Positions 44,921-58,000 of a stretch of DNA of 64,000 nt are shown piece by piece. This DNA is from Balanoglossus misakiensis (taxonomy: Eukaryota; Animalia; Hemichordata): contig CM082580.2 of assembly GCA_040954595.2 (NCBI GenBank), positions 12,662,909 to 12,726,908 on the forward strand, written 5' to 3'. The notes under the pieces were generated by a model. It worked only from the letters and a program-made list of their open reading frames with translations, was not told the DNA's origin and made no database searches. Made by a program: the position numbers and the translations under genes. The first letter of the stretch is position 1. Each line of letters begins with the position of its first letter.

Positions 44921-45256
44921 TGTTGCTTTTTAGACTTGATTTCTGACAAAACTGTAATGGCGACTCAAAATACTACCGTTCTGATCCCAAATATTCTCTG
45001 CGATTGCAAAATATTGGTCGAAATCGAACGGATTCTCCAGTACTACCTTGTGTTCATTTCAAGAATGAACAGCGTTTGAAATGACCGGTTCGTGTTCCAA
45101 CAACACTCTGATTGGTTGAGGTTGGAAAAGAATGTGGGCGTTGATTGGTCGGTCTCGGTTTTTTAAATTCTAATATTCCAAATATGGCAAACGTAATCTC
45201 GCGAGAGACTTATGGATATGAGAGTTCACCATCTTGGGTCAAGGGTCAACAGCAGC
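44921..45256. promoter_or_regulatory. Bidirectional PLK1/PINX1 promoter
   Basis: 336 bp between start codons. It contains TTTGAA (45075-45080), ATTGG at 45111 and 45144, TTTAAA (about 45162-45167), TCTCGCGAGA (45197-45206) and GGGTCAAGGGTCA (45236-45248). Confidence 0.75.
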
Positions 45257-47687
45257 ATGGCGATGTTGGCTGGCCAGAAGAGTCGCCAAAAGTGGTCTTC
45301 GGACCCTAGAAACACATTTTGGGCGAATGGTAGGTATTACAAGTGCATTATATTGTGAAATGATCAGGTCGACTACGGTTTAAAAAGTCGCCACGATATG
45401 TAGAGGGTGTGCGACAGTAGAGGTCGTAGTACTCCCCGACTGGCCCAACTGTGTAGTGTAGTGAAACCATGATCTGCATCAGTGCATGATGATGCTCTCT
45501 TTCATCTCATGAACTTCACTTCACAACAGAGATGACTTTTACTGACAATATAAACAAGAACATGCGGAATGAATGTGGCCCAAAGTATTTAACACATAGG
45601 GGTGTCTTTGTGACGCACACTCATCCCTACTCATTTTTGTTTAGATTCAGACAAGTTTGGTCAGCGAATGCTGCAAAAGATGGGATGGCAACCTGGGAAA
45701 GGACTTGGTTCAAAACAACATGGAAGAACAGAACACGTCAAGATCACGAAGAAAGATGACAATTTAGGTAAAAACTTTCACCCTGTTCTTCCACGAGGAA
45801 ATGGCGAGTGGTTCTTTTAACCATGATTGTTTTACCTGGCCACCTTTGGTCAACTATCATACCAGCACTCATATTTATGTGTAATATGATCCCACAACTT
45901 CTTACTTGTCAGGTTTGGGAGCTAGTTTCAAATCAGAAGATAACTGGCTAGCTCACCAGGATGATTTCAACTCTTTGCTGACCAAGCTGAATGAAAACTA
46001 TGCCAGTAATGTCACTACCACAACACCAGAAGATTCAAATACTGAAGCTACAAGTCTTGAAGAAAGATCCAAAAGTTCCAAAAAGAGAGTGCAGTGAGTA
46101 CTTTGTGTTGATGTTGACTGTACGTTGATTGTACTGTAACTTGTATTGAAAAGAACTTCTGAAAATTAAGATGAGTGATCTGCATGTAACAATGTTAAAT
46201 CGTCAGTCCATTCTCTGTTCTTCATCTTCATGACAGCTATAAGAGGTTCACTAGAGGCAAAGATCTGAGTTCGTACAGTAATAAGGACTTAGCATGCATC
46301 ATGGGTACACAGCCTGTCAGCCAATCAGCTTCAAGAAGTCCAGAGAGAAATGTTGCGAATGAAGAGGCAGAGGTAGGTTTCATTTGGTGATGTGTTAGTT
46401 ACTGCTGCAACAAGATGGAATGGACAGAATGTTACATAGAAGAATGTCCACAAAATGATTTTCATAATGTTTATTTTTTATCAGGCTGAGAGTTCTGAGA
46501 ATGGCAGTTCAAGTTCATCGCCTTCCCACGGTATTGTGACTGTCACAAGTTCTCAGAGTCTGCAGGATTACTTCTCACAAAAGATGGCTGGTTTGAATGG
46601 CAAGAAGAGAGATTCGACAGCAGAGCTGGGTGAGGCTACAGAAGAGGACATCAACGGCGACAGTTCGGATGGTGGTATATGGATGGGAGGGAAGGCCAGA
46701 GATGAAGATGGGGGTGTTAAGAAGGAAAAAAAGAAGAAGAGAAAGAAGAAGAAGAAGCAGGAGGAAGAAAGTCAAGAACTCACAGACAAGAAAGAGCAAC
46801 AGACTTGCGACAAGAAAGATGCTGGCTCTGAAGGTGATAGCTCGAGTGTGACACCTTCCGATGGTTTTGTGACGGTCACAAGTTCTCAGAATTTACAAGA
46901 ATACTTTGCTCAGAAGATGGCTGCTTTGAAAGACAAACGGAATGGTTCGTCAGCGGAGCTCAATAAGGATCCAGTGGCCAGTAGTATGAATGGTGGCGAG
47001 TCTGAGGATGTTGTGTTTATTGGAATGGAAAGCAACATTGATGTTGATGGCTGTGTGGGTCAGAAAAAGGAAAAGAAGAAAAAGAAGAAGCGAAAGGAAG
47101 AAACTTTGAAAGACCGTGATGATAATGATGATGAAACAGCCCAAGGGTCTTCTGATAAGGCTGAAATCACAGAAATAGTTGGGGGGAAAATTCAGGAGCT
47201 CAATAAAAAGAAAAAGAAGTCTAAGAAAAGAAAGCACAAAGACAATGACAGTAATTTTGTAAATGATTCAAATTCAGTGACCAGTGACAGAAAGAGACAG
47301 AAAATGGCGACCGTAGAGGTAGATAAAAATTCACCAATCAAAACTAATGATGAGGATTCTGATGTTGTGTTTCTTGGTAAGAGAGACGCAAATGATGACT
47401 GCATTGGTGGAAAGAAAGAAAAAAGGAAAAAGAACAAGAAGAGAAACAAAGATGGCTGTGTGAAAATTGACGAGGAAAATGATGCGATGCTAACTGACGA
47501 GAAGGAAGTTTGCATTAAAGGAGTCGAAATTCAAGAAGTCACGAAGAAGAAAAAGAAATCAAAGAAAAGAAAACATTGTAATGATGACGATGAAAGTGGA
47601 AGAACTGCTCAGAATGTCCCAACTAAATGTGCTGAAGTAGATCACAGCAAAAAGAATAAGAAAAAGAAGCAAAAAAGTAAAGACTGA
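45257..47687 (+). CDS. PINX1: PIN2/TERF1-interacting telomerase inhibitor 1 (G-patch nucleolar protein), about 571 aa. Exons 45257-45329, 45645-45767, 45913-46093, 46237-46372, 46485-47687.
   Basis: MAMLAGQKSRQKWSSDPRNTFWAND; G-patch KFGQRMLQKMGWQPGKGLG; EDNWLAHQDDFNSLLTKLN; SLEERSKSSKKRVHYKRFTRGKDLS; LQEYFAQKMAAL; KKE-rich tail. Exon phases are consistent. Confidence 0.93.
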
Positions 47688-48978
47688 TTAATTTTACCTC
47701 AAATGTATGAACAGCGGGTATTTAATAAATGTAATAAAAAGTATTGTACTTGATACTTGTGGTATTAATTGCATCATTTTGTGTACATGCATTTCATTAG
47801 CCAAACTGATGACGTAATGGTCCAACGTGGGGATAAGAAACAAAATTGGCCTGGAATAAAAAAGAACCAGGAATAGCATTTTGGATGTACAGTTCCGTCA
47901 GTTAATTGGTTGGTTGGTTGGTTTCACATATTCTACCAGTATGATTCGGCCAATACTCGGACCGGTCATCGACGGATTTCGACAGGTACGCCCTCTTCAG
48001 GCAATGGTGTTCATTGCGTGGTCGCATGAGGCCACCGACAGCGTAGTGTTGATGGGCGGGCATTTGTAAATTGTAACCCGGTAGTGTAAACACCAAGAGT
48101 TCGGAGTTCGAGGTGAAGTCGTCAGCAAACCCTTTTCCTTGTTTCCTCAAGTAAAACAACCCTGCCGTGTTCGTGACCACAAAGTTCGTCCAACGCTGGT
48201 AAGTCATATTTTTGTGGCCAATCTTCCGTCTGAAATACTGACACGAACATTTCATAACGTCCGAACGCGAACGGTGGTCTCATCACATTATCGTGCGGCC
48301 GGGGATGTCACACTGCTCGGCCCGTGGTAAAGGCCGTGGCCAAGTGGTCACTGGGGGATGGTTTGTAAAACATAAAAACTGTTGTGTACGTGTAGATCCC
48401 GTCGTCATACACTGTTATGTCCATTTCAGTAATTGACAATAGTTACACAGCTCACAGTACAGGTGTGTGCAACAAATCCTGCCACTTGCTACATTTCCAA
48501 TTTATTAGAATAATAGGAGATAAAAATGAAACACACATAGTTAGAATGATTGATGGTAAAACTCAGTGAGATATTAACGAAATATTTTCCGTGCAATGTT
48601 GATTGGTCCATTTTCTACTCGTCGTAGGATATGGTTCTGTATAATTAGCAGGTTGAATTTCTCCATTTTTGACCATAGTCTAGAACAGCAGCTGTGCTGA
48701 TTATTACAATATACAGGTAGTATCGGAAAGGTTTTAAAAATAACCTATTACGTCATGGTCACAAACTCGTACACGTGTGTAGTGTTGGCAGTCTGGTAAC
48801 TGAATTACAAATTATGAATGAGATCAACGCTGCTTGTGGTGTACAATAACTAAATCTGTGGTAATAATCTCAAATGAATCTCTTGTAGCTCACAATCAAA
48901 GTTAAAACACTATCCATTTGATGATTTCAGATTGATACATAGCCAAGAAGAAAAGTAAATCAAGACTAGTTCATCACT

Positions 48979-51900
48979 ATGAGTAGAGGCAGTCGCCATG
49001 GTAATGATTATGATGATGAAGATGTTTTATACGAACATCCAGGTGGCAGACATGACCAACGGACATTGCTGGGGAACCAGGTGAAAAAGAGTCCAGCAGA
49101 AAAAACACCACGTCGCTTTCTGAAGACATGTCTGCTTTGTGTTGGCTTTCTGGGACTGGTGAGTTTCGGAGTGATTGTTATGTGGTTGGATGTGGCAGTT
49201 ACTGGAGAAACGAGACCTCATCCTTCTAATTGTTCTTGACTTCATGGTAGCAACAGAACACATGTAGGGTCCAATGTCATAATCGGTACCTGATCAATCA
49301 TTGATGTTCAAATCTTGTTTAGCTGAAGTACCCGGAACTACACATGTAATCTTTTCCAAGAGGCTATTTTATATTAACGATGGCATGGTTCCCGCCAACA
49401 GTAAACTATACTCTGTTATTATACTTGGTGCAAATATTGGCATTTTTAGTGCTAAGTGGGTCAGATTTAGCTTTTTGTAAGCTCATATCATCAGTGACCA
49501 AGGAGGCACACTCTGATCATTCTTCACCAATTTCAGTAACTGGCACAACTGTGGCAGTGATGACCCAAAAAAATTCACAGTTAATCAGTAACTATTATTA
49601 CAGACACAGCATTCCAGTCAAACCATACGGACAGCAGAAAATAAGATTGTATCTCGTTTTAATGTACAATTGTAATTCTGGTATGGTTCCCTTTCATGTT
49701 GTTAGTCAGAGCAGCTCCATTCAGAACATATGTCACTGGCATTTGTTTTAATATTGTGAGCAGCTGGTGCAACCATGGGGGGGGGGGGGGGGGTGAAAAT
49801 TTTAATTACAGTGAATTTCATGATATTAAATTGACGCATTAATGTTCATTCATGACTGTTTATTGGGAATTAATGCAGTAAAAGTGTTTAACTGTTAGTC
49901 TTACAAAGGAGTTTTGAATCTGCATTTACAGGTTTTATGTCAAAGTTGTCCATGCCTGTTACAGCTGTGTGTGTATGCTTTTCTGCTTCATAATGTTTAA
50001 CGCAACACTTAAAGTCAATTGTGTGTGCCACACCTTCTGTGCCTATACAAAGCTGTCCAGCATGGCTACCACTCGGTGTGTATGTGCTGTTCTCTTGACT
50101 GTGGGGTACTGGAGACATCTTGAACCTTAAGTACCGAACCTTTTGGCCCCATAATCTGCAGTATACGGGTCCACCCTTGTCATTAAAAATCCAGCATTTT
50201 GTCATTAAATAGACATACACACAGTGTTTTTTGCTGAGGTTTATTCCCACACACTGACTTTGCAACAGCGACAGACTTTGACAGGTTTCTGTGATTTTCT
50301 GTTCTGCAGGGTCTGTGCACAGCAATTCTCGGCACCTCGCTTTTGGATCTGATGACCAAAGCCAATGGAACGGTGGAACAGGTGGTCTATGTGGTGACGT
50401 CCCGCAATGTCGGTGTCCTCTTGGGCACTCTGGTCTCCGGGTTCTGCTTCGACAGATTTGATCACAATTTCCTGCTGGCCATGTCCTTAATTTGTCTGGG
50501 AACGTTCGGCGCAATGGTGCCATGGTGCAGCACGATGCTGTTGCTGTTCGTGTCTACTGCGTTGTGGGGGATTGCGATTGGATTTCTAATTGCTGGTGAG
50601 TTGTGTGTGCAGTGTGTGTATCTTTCAGTTTGACAACATATGGGACATACAATACATAAAGATCAAACTTTGGTGAGAAAGGTTGGCTAACATCACTCAA
50701 ATCATTGGGAAATGCTATTGAGAGTGTATCCAGAATGACATTTATGGATCAAAGACTTCAATGAGGTATTTTTTTCTCCAATTTTTGCAGGTGGCAATAT
50801 CGTCTGTGTTAATCTATGGGGAAAGAAGACAGGCCCGTTTGTTCAGGCACTACACTTCAGTCTTGGATTAGGAGCTCTTATAGCACCTTTCATCGCGGAA
50901 CCCTTTGTTGCTTACAACTCGGTGATGCCCAACAACACCAATTCCACACCGAGCCTTGTGCTCAGGCAACATACTCCGTGCTTTGTGAACCTGACCGTTC
51001 TGGCGAGCGCAACAGAGAAGACCAGGAGCCAGCGATCTCTCTTTGAGGAAATCAATCAGATGGAAATCAATCAGATTTTGGGGGGTTACGGTCGTCATGA
51101 GGTCAACGAAGACAAACTGGATGTGGTGGATGTTGCAGCTTATGAGCAAACGTATCATGCGCGTCATCTGTTGCAAGAGGAAAACACTGGCGAGGACCAT
51201 GACAGGGGTGAAGACAAAACGACCAGCACAGTCAGTACTGTGATAACCACCCTCCCAGAACACACTACTACTGTGGAAAGTACAACCGCCACCCCAAAAC
51301 ACACTACTACTGTGGAAACTACAACCGCCACCCCAAAACACACTACTACTGTGGAAACTACAACCGCCACCCCAAAACACACTACTACTGTGGAAACTAC
51401 AACCGCCACCCCAAAACACACTACTACTGTGGAAACTACAACCAGTCATACCAGCACAGATGACATAACGACCGTCGTGAACGGTGATGATGATGGTGCA
51501 GATGGAAACCAAGGCAACACCTCTCTTGCTCCAACATCGACCACAGCGGCAAGTGAGAAGAAAGGTCTAAGCAAATGGCTTGAGTACATTCCCCATGCTT
51601 CACAAATCCAAAAAGCTTACATGATTATAGCTCTATACAATATCATCGTTTCCATTCCGTTTTTCTGGTTCTTCTGTTCCGGCCCACGATTCTTAATCTT
51701 TTCCAAGAGAGCGGCAATTAGCACAGGCACAGACGGGGAGTCGACCGATGGGAAGAAAGTCTTTCGCTTTCTCCTCCTGATGATGTTGTTTGGTTTCTTC
51801 TTCTTGTACAAAGGCATGGAGGAGTCCTTTGGCGCCTACATTTATACTTTTGCTAAGTGCATCCAGCCGGGGTTCACGTCCATGAATGCTGTTCACTTGA

Positions 51901-52514
51901 ATGCTGCGTTCTGGGGCACCTTTGCTCTGGGCAGGCTGCTGGCCATCTGCATAGCTGCCGTCTTGCACCCCAAGTTCATGCTGATACCGAGTCTGTGCGG
52001 GATGGTGGTAGCCATGACGATGCTGGTAGCGCTGGGGAGCACCAACAGCAGGGTGTTGTGGTCGGCCACCGTGCTGCTTGGCTGCTCCATGGCGTCCGTC
52101 TTCCCGGCAGCCATCGCGTGGTCTGAGAGATATATACTCCTGACTGGCAAGGCGGTCGCGTCCTTCTTCATCTCAGCGTCTGTTGCCGGGATACTGATTC
52201 CCTGGTTTCTTGGATTCCTGTTTCAGCTGAAGGGCATCACGGTGTTGATGAAGCTTCTTCTGGCGCTGGCTGTTGCGCTGTTTCTGCTCTACATCGTCAT
52301 GCAAGCGGTAGCCTCGCGGCAGGGCGAGCGTCCCAGCTCCTCGCTTCCAGGTGACAGCACCAAACAGTTGCTGAGTGCCATCGAGGAGGAAGTGTTAGAG
52401 CTGGAAAACATGGCCGCCAACAACAACCCTCTGAGAGGCAGGCAACAATCTGGGGACAACCATAGACTCTCGCAGTCAATCAAACATCTCAAAAAGGATT
52501 CCAAAAACGATTAA
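48979..52514 (+). CDS. MFSD4-family major facilitator transporter (sodium-dependent glucose transporter 1-like), about 729 aa. Exons 48979-49158, 50310-50595, 50791-52514. A probable non-coding first exon ends at 48198 (intron 48199-48930).
   Basis: FLGLGLCTAILGTSLLDL, GTLVSGFCFDRF, GGNIVCVNLWG..GPFVQALHFSLGLGALIAPF, FFFLYKGMEESFG.YIYTFA, FWGTFALGRL and MASVFPA; about 12 hydrophobic segments. I cannot assign A versus B paralogue. Confidence 0.88.
51255..51443 (+). repeat. 39-bp coding tandem repeat (PKHTTTVETTTAT, about 5 copies) in the MFS loop
   Basis: Unit CCAAAACACACTACTACTGTGGAAACTACAACCGCCACC; the central copies are identical. Confidence 0.95.
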
Positions 52515-52590
52515 CTATTTATGAACATATCGCCCTGTTGAGATTTGAGACCATAGACAATAAATGCGTCTTGTATATTTGTACTCACAC

Positions 52591-52684
52591 TTATCCCCCT
52601 ATGCCAATTCCGTTTGGTTCATCCGGCCCATTGTCTTTCAATGGAATGGGGTGATCCATTTACTGGTAAAAGGGGTGAGAAGGT
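52591..52684. mobile_element. Degenerate short element, possibly related to the MITE at 60631-60715
   Basis: Similar length, a central CCATTGTCTTTCAATGG hairpin, and an end GGGGTGAGAAGGT resembling the GGGGGTGAAAGGG terminus. The TSD is not intact. Confidence 0.35.
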
Positions 52685-55017
52685 AGCCATTTGTATGGCT
52701 TGTAATGCAGAGTGACAAGCTCCAGTATTAATTCAAGCGAAGTCTGGACATCATCTATATTTGTAAACAAAATCTACTCAGTATTTTCATTGTTCAGTTT
52801 TACATTTAATAGCAAAGGAAAGGTGCCATGCTTTCTTTGTTTGAGAACTCAATAGAAAATACACAGCCCACACCCAACCAGACAATCTTCCCAGTTCTAA
52901 CTTCCACAAATTCTTTCCAAATCAAGATACCAGAAAAAAGGAAAAGAAAATTCTTCTCATTTATATCCTTTGAGGAAAAACACTTGGTGCATCATCTTTT
53001 TTACATTTAAATTCCTTCTAGCTAAAATACTGCAAACATTGAGAATTCTGTGTTTGCTAATAATGTTTCTATTGTTTGAAGATGTTAATTCTCTGGACAG
53101 AGAGATCATTTAAGCTTTAAGTTTAGTTCTTTGTAAAACTTAGGAAAGATACTGTCTTTACAAATGACATGCATATTTTTTTAATATTGTTAATTCATAT
53201 TTTTGTATGAAGAGACATGTTTGAACTCTGAGGGAAACTTTTTTCAACAGCGCGAGTAATTTCACTTGCTTTTGATATCTTTGGTACAAATAAGGTCAGA
53301 GAAATTTGGTAATGGTAGCTTTGGTTACAGTCGTCATGGAAACTTGATGCCTTAGTATTACTTTCAATTTCAGATAATGTTTGTTCCATGTTGACATTCT
53401 TATTGGTGCTCATTATTGATCGAATTCAAATTTTTTGACTTGGAACAGTGGACTTCTATCTTATAGTTCTGTTTGTGCTTTAACATTGTCTCATTTAACC
53501 TTGATGGATATTCAACTGAATCACAGTGTGTCTATTATCATGAGATGTAGAATTCTGGGCGTTTCTGTCGCTTTGGGTAGATGAACAAGCATATCACAAT
53601 CCATACATATAATGTATGTAAATTTTGAGAGATTTTGAAAGAAAGCTTTTGTGTTGGGCGAATCGTTCTTCAGTTTGTAGTTGTTTGGAATTTTTAAAAC
53701 ATTGATAGAACTTCTTTTGAAGTCTATACCAAAGATGTAAATAGGACATAGGATTTTTGTTTGGTTTTAGGAACTTAAGCATAAACTTGGAAATGACAGT
53801 TGAATTAAAATGGTGGCGATATTGTGAATTTCAAAGTAATCATTTATTTTCAGAAAGTAAATGTTTTCACAGTTGATTTCATATCTGGAAAAAAAATTCT
53901 GTAGGCACATATCCAGTTTTGGAATCCATTTTGAATTGATTTTAAGAGTGAGCAAATAAATCATCAATAAATGGAACTACCAGCCAGAAACAGGCTTTAA
54001 TTTGATGGCACCTTGAGATCATTGAGTGAAGGGCACTCTGAGGGCTCTCTTGCCTGCCAAGTTGGCAAAAGCAATCTATAACCAGGAATCTTTCAGCTTT
54101 ATAATTTTATGATAGCAATATATTTTATCTGAAGGCCAGATAACTTGTTTGAGAATCTCAATTCTTTAACTTTTTTTTCAAGTGGAAATTTGCTGAATAA
54201 ATTTTTATGATGGTTACCGGTGATTGGTGACTCTTCTTGTTGGCATAGCAATAAAGCAAGTTTTATGATAAGGTCGTGTGTCAATTGTGTTTCAAGAGTT
54301 CCCAGGGTGTTTCGTGTGAAGTCCTGAACTAGAAATATGTAAATGAAAATCGCTTTCTGACGAGTTCACTTCCGACCTGAAATTTCATGGAAATTCCATC
54401 CAGTAGTTCAGATTTCATATGCAAATGATATGTAAACCACATTGCACATCTGCTGTGATGGGCCATTGTCAAAATGTGTAAATATATCCTTTCATTCATG
54501 ATTTGGTGACAACTGTTGATGAATGCACACTGACCAAGTAATCAGTGCAAACAGATGGCAATCCATTTATTTCATTTAATGCTACACAGCAACTCAGCTG
54601 TTGTAATAAATGGTAACAAACACAACAAGACAGGGTATTTACATAAATTCTGCATCAAATGCAGGTTTATTTATCTTGAAAGCTTGTCACAGATACGATG
54701 AAAAAAAAATGTACACAATAGTCTGGTTTGTGCAGATACAAAATATAGTTCAGTACAGTTGACACGATTAAGTACATAGCCATCTGATTTGTTTCACAGA
54801 TCACAAAGCCAGATGGATGTGTATTATGTTCCTCTCAATCTCAGGCTAAGATTATTGACTCATGTTGGTCTAACCGTCATTATATCTGATTGGCAGTGCA
54901 CAGAGATCCGTCATTTTATTGGATGTCCACTTGTCACATGACCAGTGACACGTCTTTGGTCCTTTCTGATCACATGATCCCAATACCATTATCTTATTGG
55001 CCAGCCAGATCACATGG

Positions 55018-58000
55018 TTAGAGTGACATCATCTGTTTACTTCTCCTTCGACTGATGTCTTCCATGTCTCTGGACACTTTCTCTGCGATGTTTATGTACG
55101 ATTTCAGCTTGTCATTCAAGTCATGGTACAGCTGTGGAAAGAATAACAATGACAATGATTATACAAAAGTGACAATTTTAGTAGTTCTTTTATCTAAAAC
55201 CCATGCAGTTTAGTGTGATTTTGACCTTATCTCTACAGACAGTAAGCTCACCTTTTGGAAAAGTGAATCTGCTGTTGATTCTTTGAGGGCATGCAACAGT
55301 TGATCTAGCGCTGTGTACGGCAGCCATACGCTGTCAGGTGATGAACCTTGTAAACAATGCTGCAAAATAAAAATAAACAAACAGATTAGTCACCACTTCA
55401 ACCCTTAACTGAGATACAATGGATAGTGATCTCAGTATGAGAAGAAAAAAACAAAAAAGACTGTCACGTAAAAGGTAATCTTACTTTAAGTCCAAAGTAT
55501 TCTTTTCCTTTTCCAAGCACAGCGTCAATGTACTCCATTGCCAAGTAGGTAGCCTCCTCCAAGAGGTCAAAGTTGATGTACAACCTCAACAGCTCAGATG
55601 CGTTCACTCTCTGTAGAGGTCAAGGGTGAAAAGCGGTCAATGACACTGGCCTCCGTGCAGTGTGGGGCCCATGGGATTGATACATAGATTACCAAAATGA
55701 CCTTGGATGTTCACACGCTATAAAGTTTCAAGTTCATTCACTACTATGGCAAACACTGGCAGACACTGACCAGCTAAAGAACAACCTGATTAAAAGTCTC
55801 ACCTTGTGCGAGTGTATCAACCACGCTGGTAACGGAACACCCAATGACAGCAGTTTACTAGCAATGACCTTATGATAACCATTTTTACCATCGCTGTCTA
55901 ACCTTTTCAGATAAGACTCCAACAGTCGCCATGACAACTCTGATGCTCTGAAATAAAAGAATAAAAGGATGGTTGAATATTGTTTTCCACATCTAGGAAA
56001 TCCTGATGTACCATAATAAATACAATACAATCTGACTTTAATGAATTCCACGTGTACAGTATAACTGTACCTGATTTCTGTGGTTGTGTGTAAGTGACTG
56101 GTGTCATTGGCCGATAACCAGGCCCATGCGTCGCTGTCACTACCTCCACTTGACAGCTTGATGCACCTACAGAGAAAAACAGGAACATGCAGATAATGAT
56201 GATGATGATGGTAGTGGTGGTGGTGATCACATGAAGACAATATTTGTACATTGGTTTCACTGCTCCAAAAAACGAAACACATTCTCCCTCCTATGTGTAA
56301 GATAGATACATACCTGGACACAAGACCTTCAAAGACGGCAGTGTAGGATATTTTAAATGTGCTACAAATTGATATGGCAGTGTCAAACAAACCGGCTTGA
56401 ACCAGAAGAGAAACAGCTTCGTGTGACGTCAGATGTGGACCTGTAACCAGACAACAGATACATCAGTGAGTGGTGTACATGTATAGCAATGGTACATGCA
56501 TCTTCAAATGTTGTCAAGGTATACTGCCTTCTTACCTGTGATCAACGCTGCATCAGGATCTACTTGTATCAACTTCAATCTTGACGAGACAAGCATGTAT
56601 TCCTTCTGTAAATCTGACAATTCTACTACTTCAACATTTTTCCTAACTGCAAAGCAATGGAAAACAGTCGTTAGGTACATCAAACGCACTCATGTTCAAA
56701 TCACTGCAAAAGTGATCACTTGAAGTATCATCAAAGTATTACCAAACTGTAATTGTCAGCAATAATTTTCAAATGCCCATGCACTAGTAATGGCTGTGAC
56801 TGTATTGAAGAGCGTCTTACACTGTGATGGTTCAATCATGTCGCCCTCATAACCTCTCTTCGGGGACATTCCCGGCATTTCCATTCTATCCTGTAGGGAA
56901 ACCAAAAACAAACAGAGAAATATACAAGGGTGTATACTAGGTTATGTGTTTCAAACACGCATGTTTCTTCAACACGAAAACAACAGAAATGACACAGCAA
57001 AGTTACTTTGACTACAAACCGGGTCAATGGAGACAGGCACTGGTTTAATGATCCAGGAATAGTTGGGATCCACCAGCTGTAATGAATTGATGGCTGAGAG
57101 ATAACACTTGGCTTGTTTCTGTAACCCCTTGACCCCAGTCAGTTCTCTGCTTGCCCTCAAACCATATTCATACATCACACTACCAGCTGTGAAAAAAGGT
57201 GTCAAATATTAGAGAGATTCAGACACATCTATTACAATACTATGTGGAAAAACTGCAATGAAAGCAATCAACATGAAGTCACTGTCTACTGTCTTACTAC
57301 ATTGATAACTATTCTAGTTCTCCACAACCTTGTTGCTACTCACCCTTTCTGTAATTCCCCCTGTACACATGGAAAGCGTACAGGAATTCGTAGTAATTCT
57401 GAGCTGAGAGATCTATAGATCTGGCTCTTGATTCCACTATTCCTACAACCTGTGAAATCAACATACAAAGGCAATAAACATTATGCCAATACAATTTTCA
57501 GACTACTGTGCTCACAAATCTGGCGTTTTCAGGTCATATGCATGGACAATGCAATACATTCACTTACTTCGTCTTCCAGATCGATGTACGGAAACTCACA
57601 CAGCTGCTGAAGCTGGCATCTCTCAAACAACACAACAATAAACTGACGAAGACAGTCCTTGCGTCTGAGGGGAAAAAACAGGGAGGAAAAATCTGTGAAA
57701 TTAAATAAATAATTAACATAATTTTTGTGTTTTGAAGAAGCAACAGTTCAATCAGGTGGCTGTTTGACAGCAATGCTCACCTCACAGCATCAGGATTGGC
57801 TGTCATTGCTACATAAGCCTCTTGATTGTGTCCCAGCTCTAAGTGATGTTTGAATATTTTGGACCAAAGAGTTGGCTGTGAAACAAAATCAAAACAAGAA
57901 GAAGTCCTGTTATTAACGATCCATCCATTTGAATGTTTGTCTGAACTCTGAACAGAGAATTAGAAATGTTAGGTGGGTTTGTCTTATCATGATAACTGAG

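Noticed and set aside
45486-45545. C/D-box snoRNA candidate in PINX1 intron 1 (ATGATGA...CTGA)
   Set aside because: No terminal stem, no clear C'/D' boxes and no recognisable guide sequence.
50868-51512. 214-aa minus-strand ORF with CSFHSSSVFWGGG repeats
   Set aside because: Antisense shadow of the 39-bp coding repeat. It is not a CRISPR array either, as there are no unique spacers.
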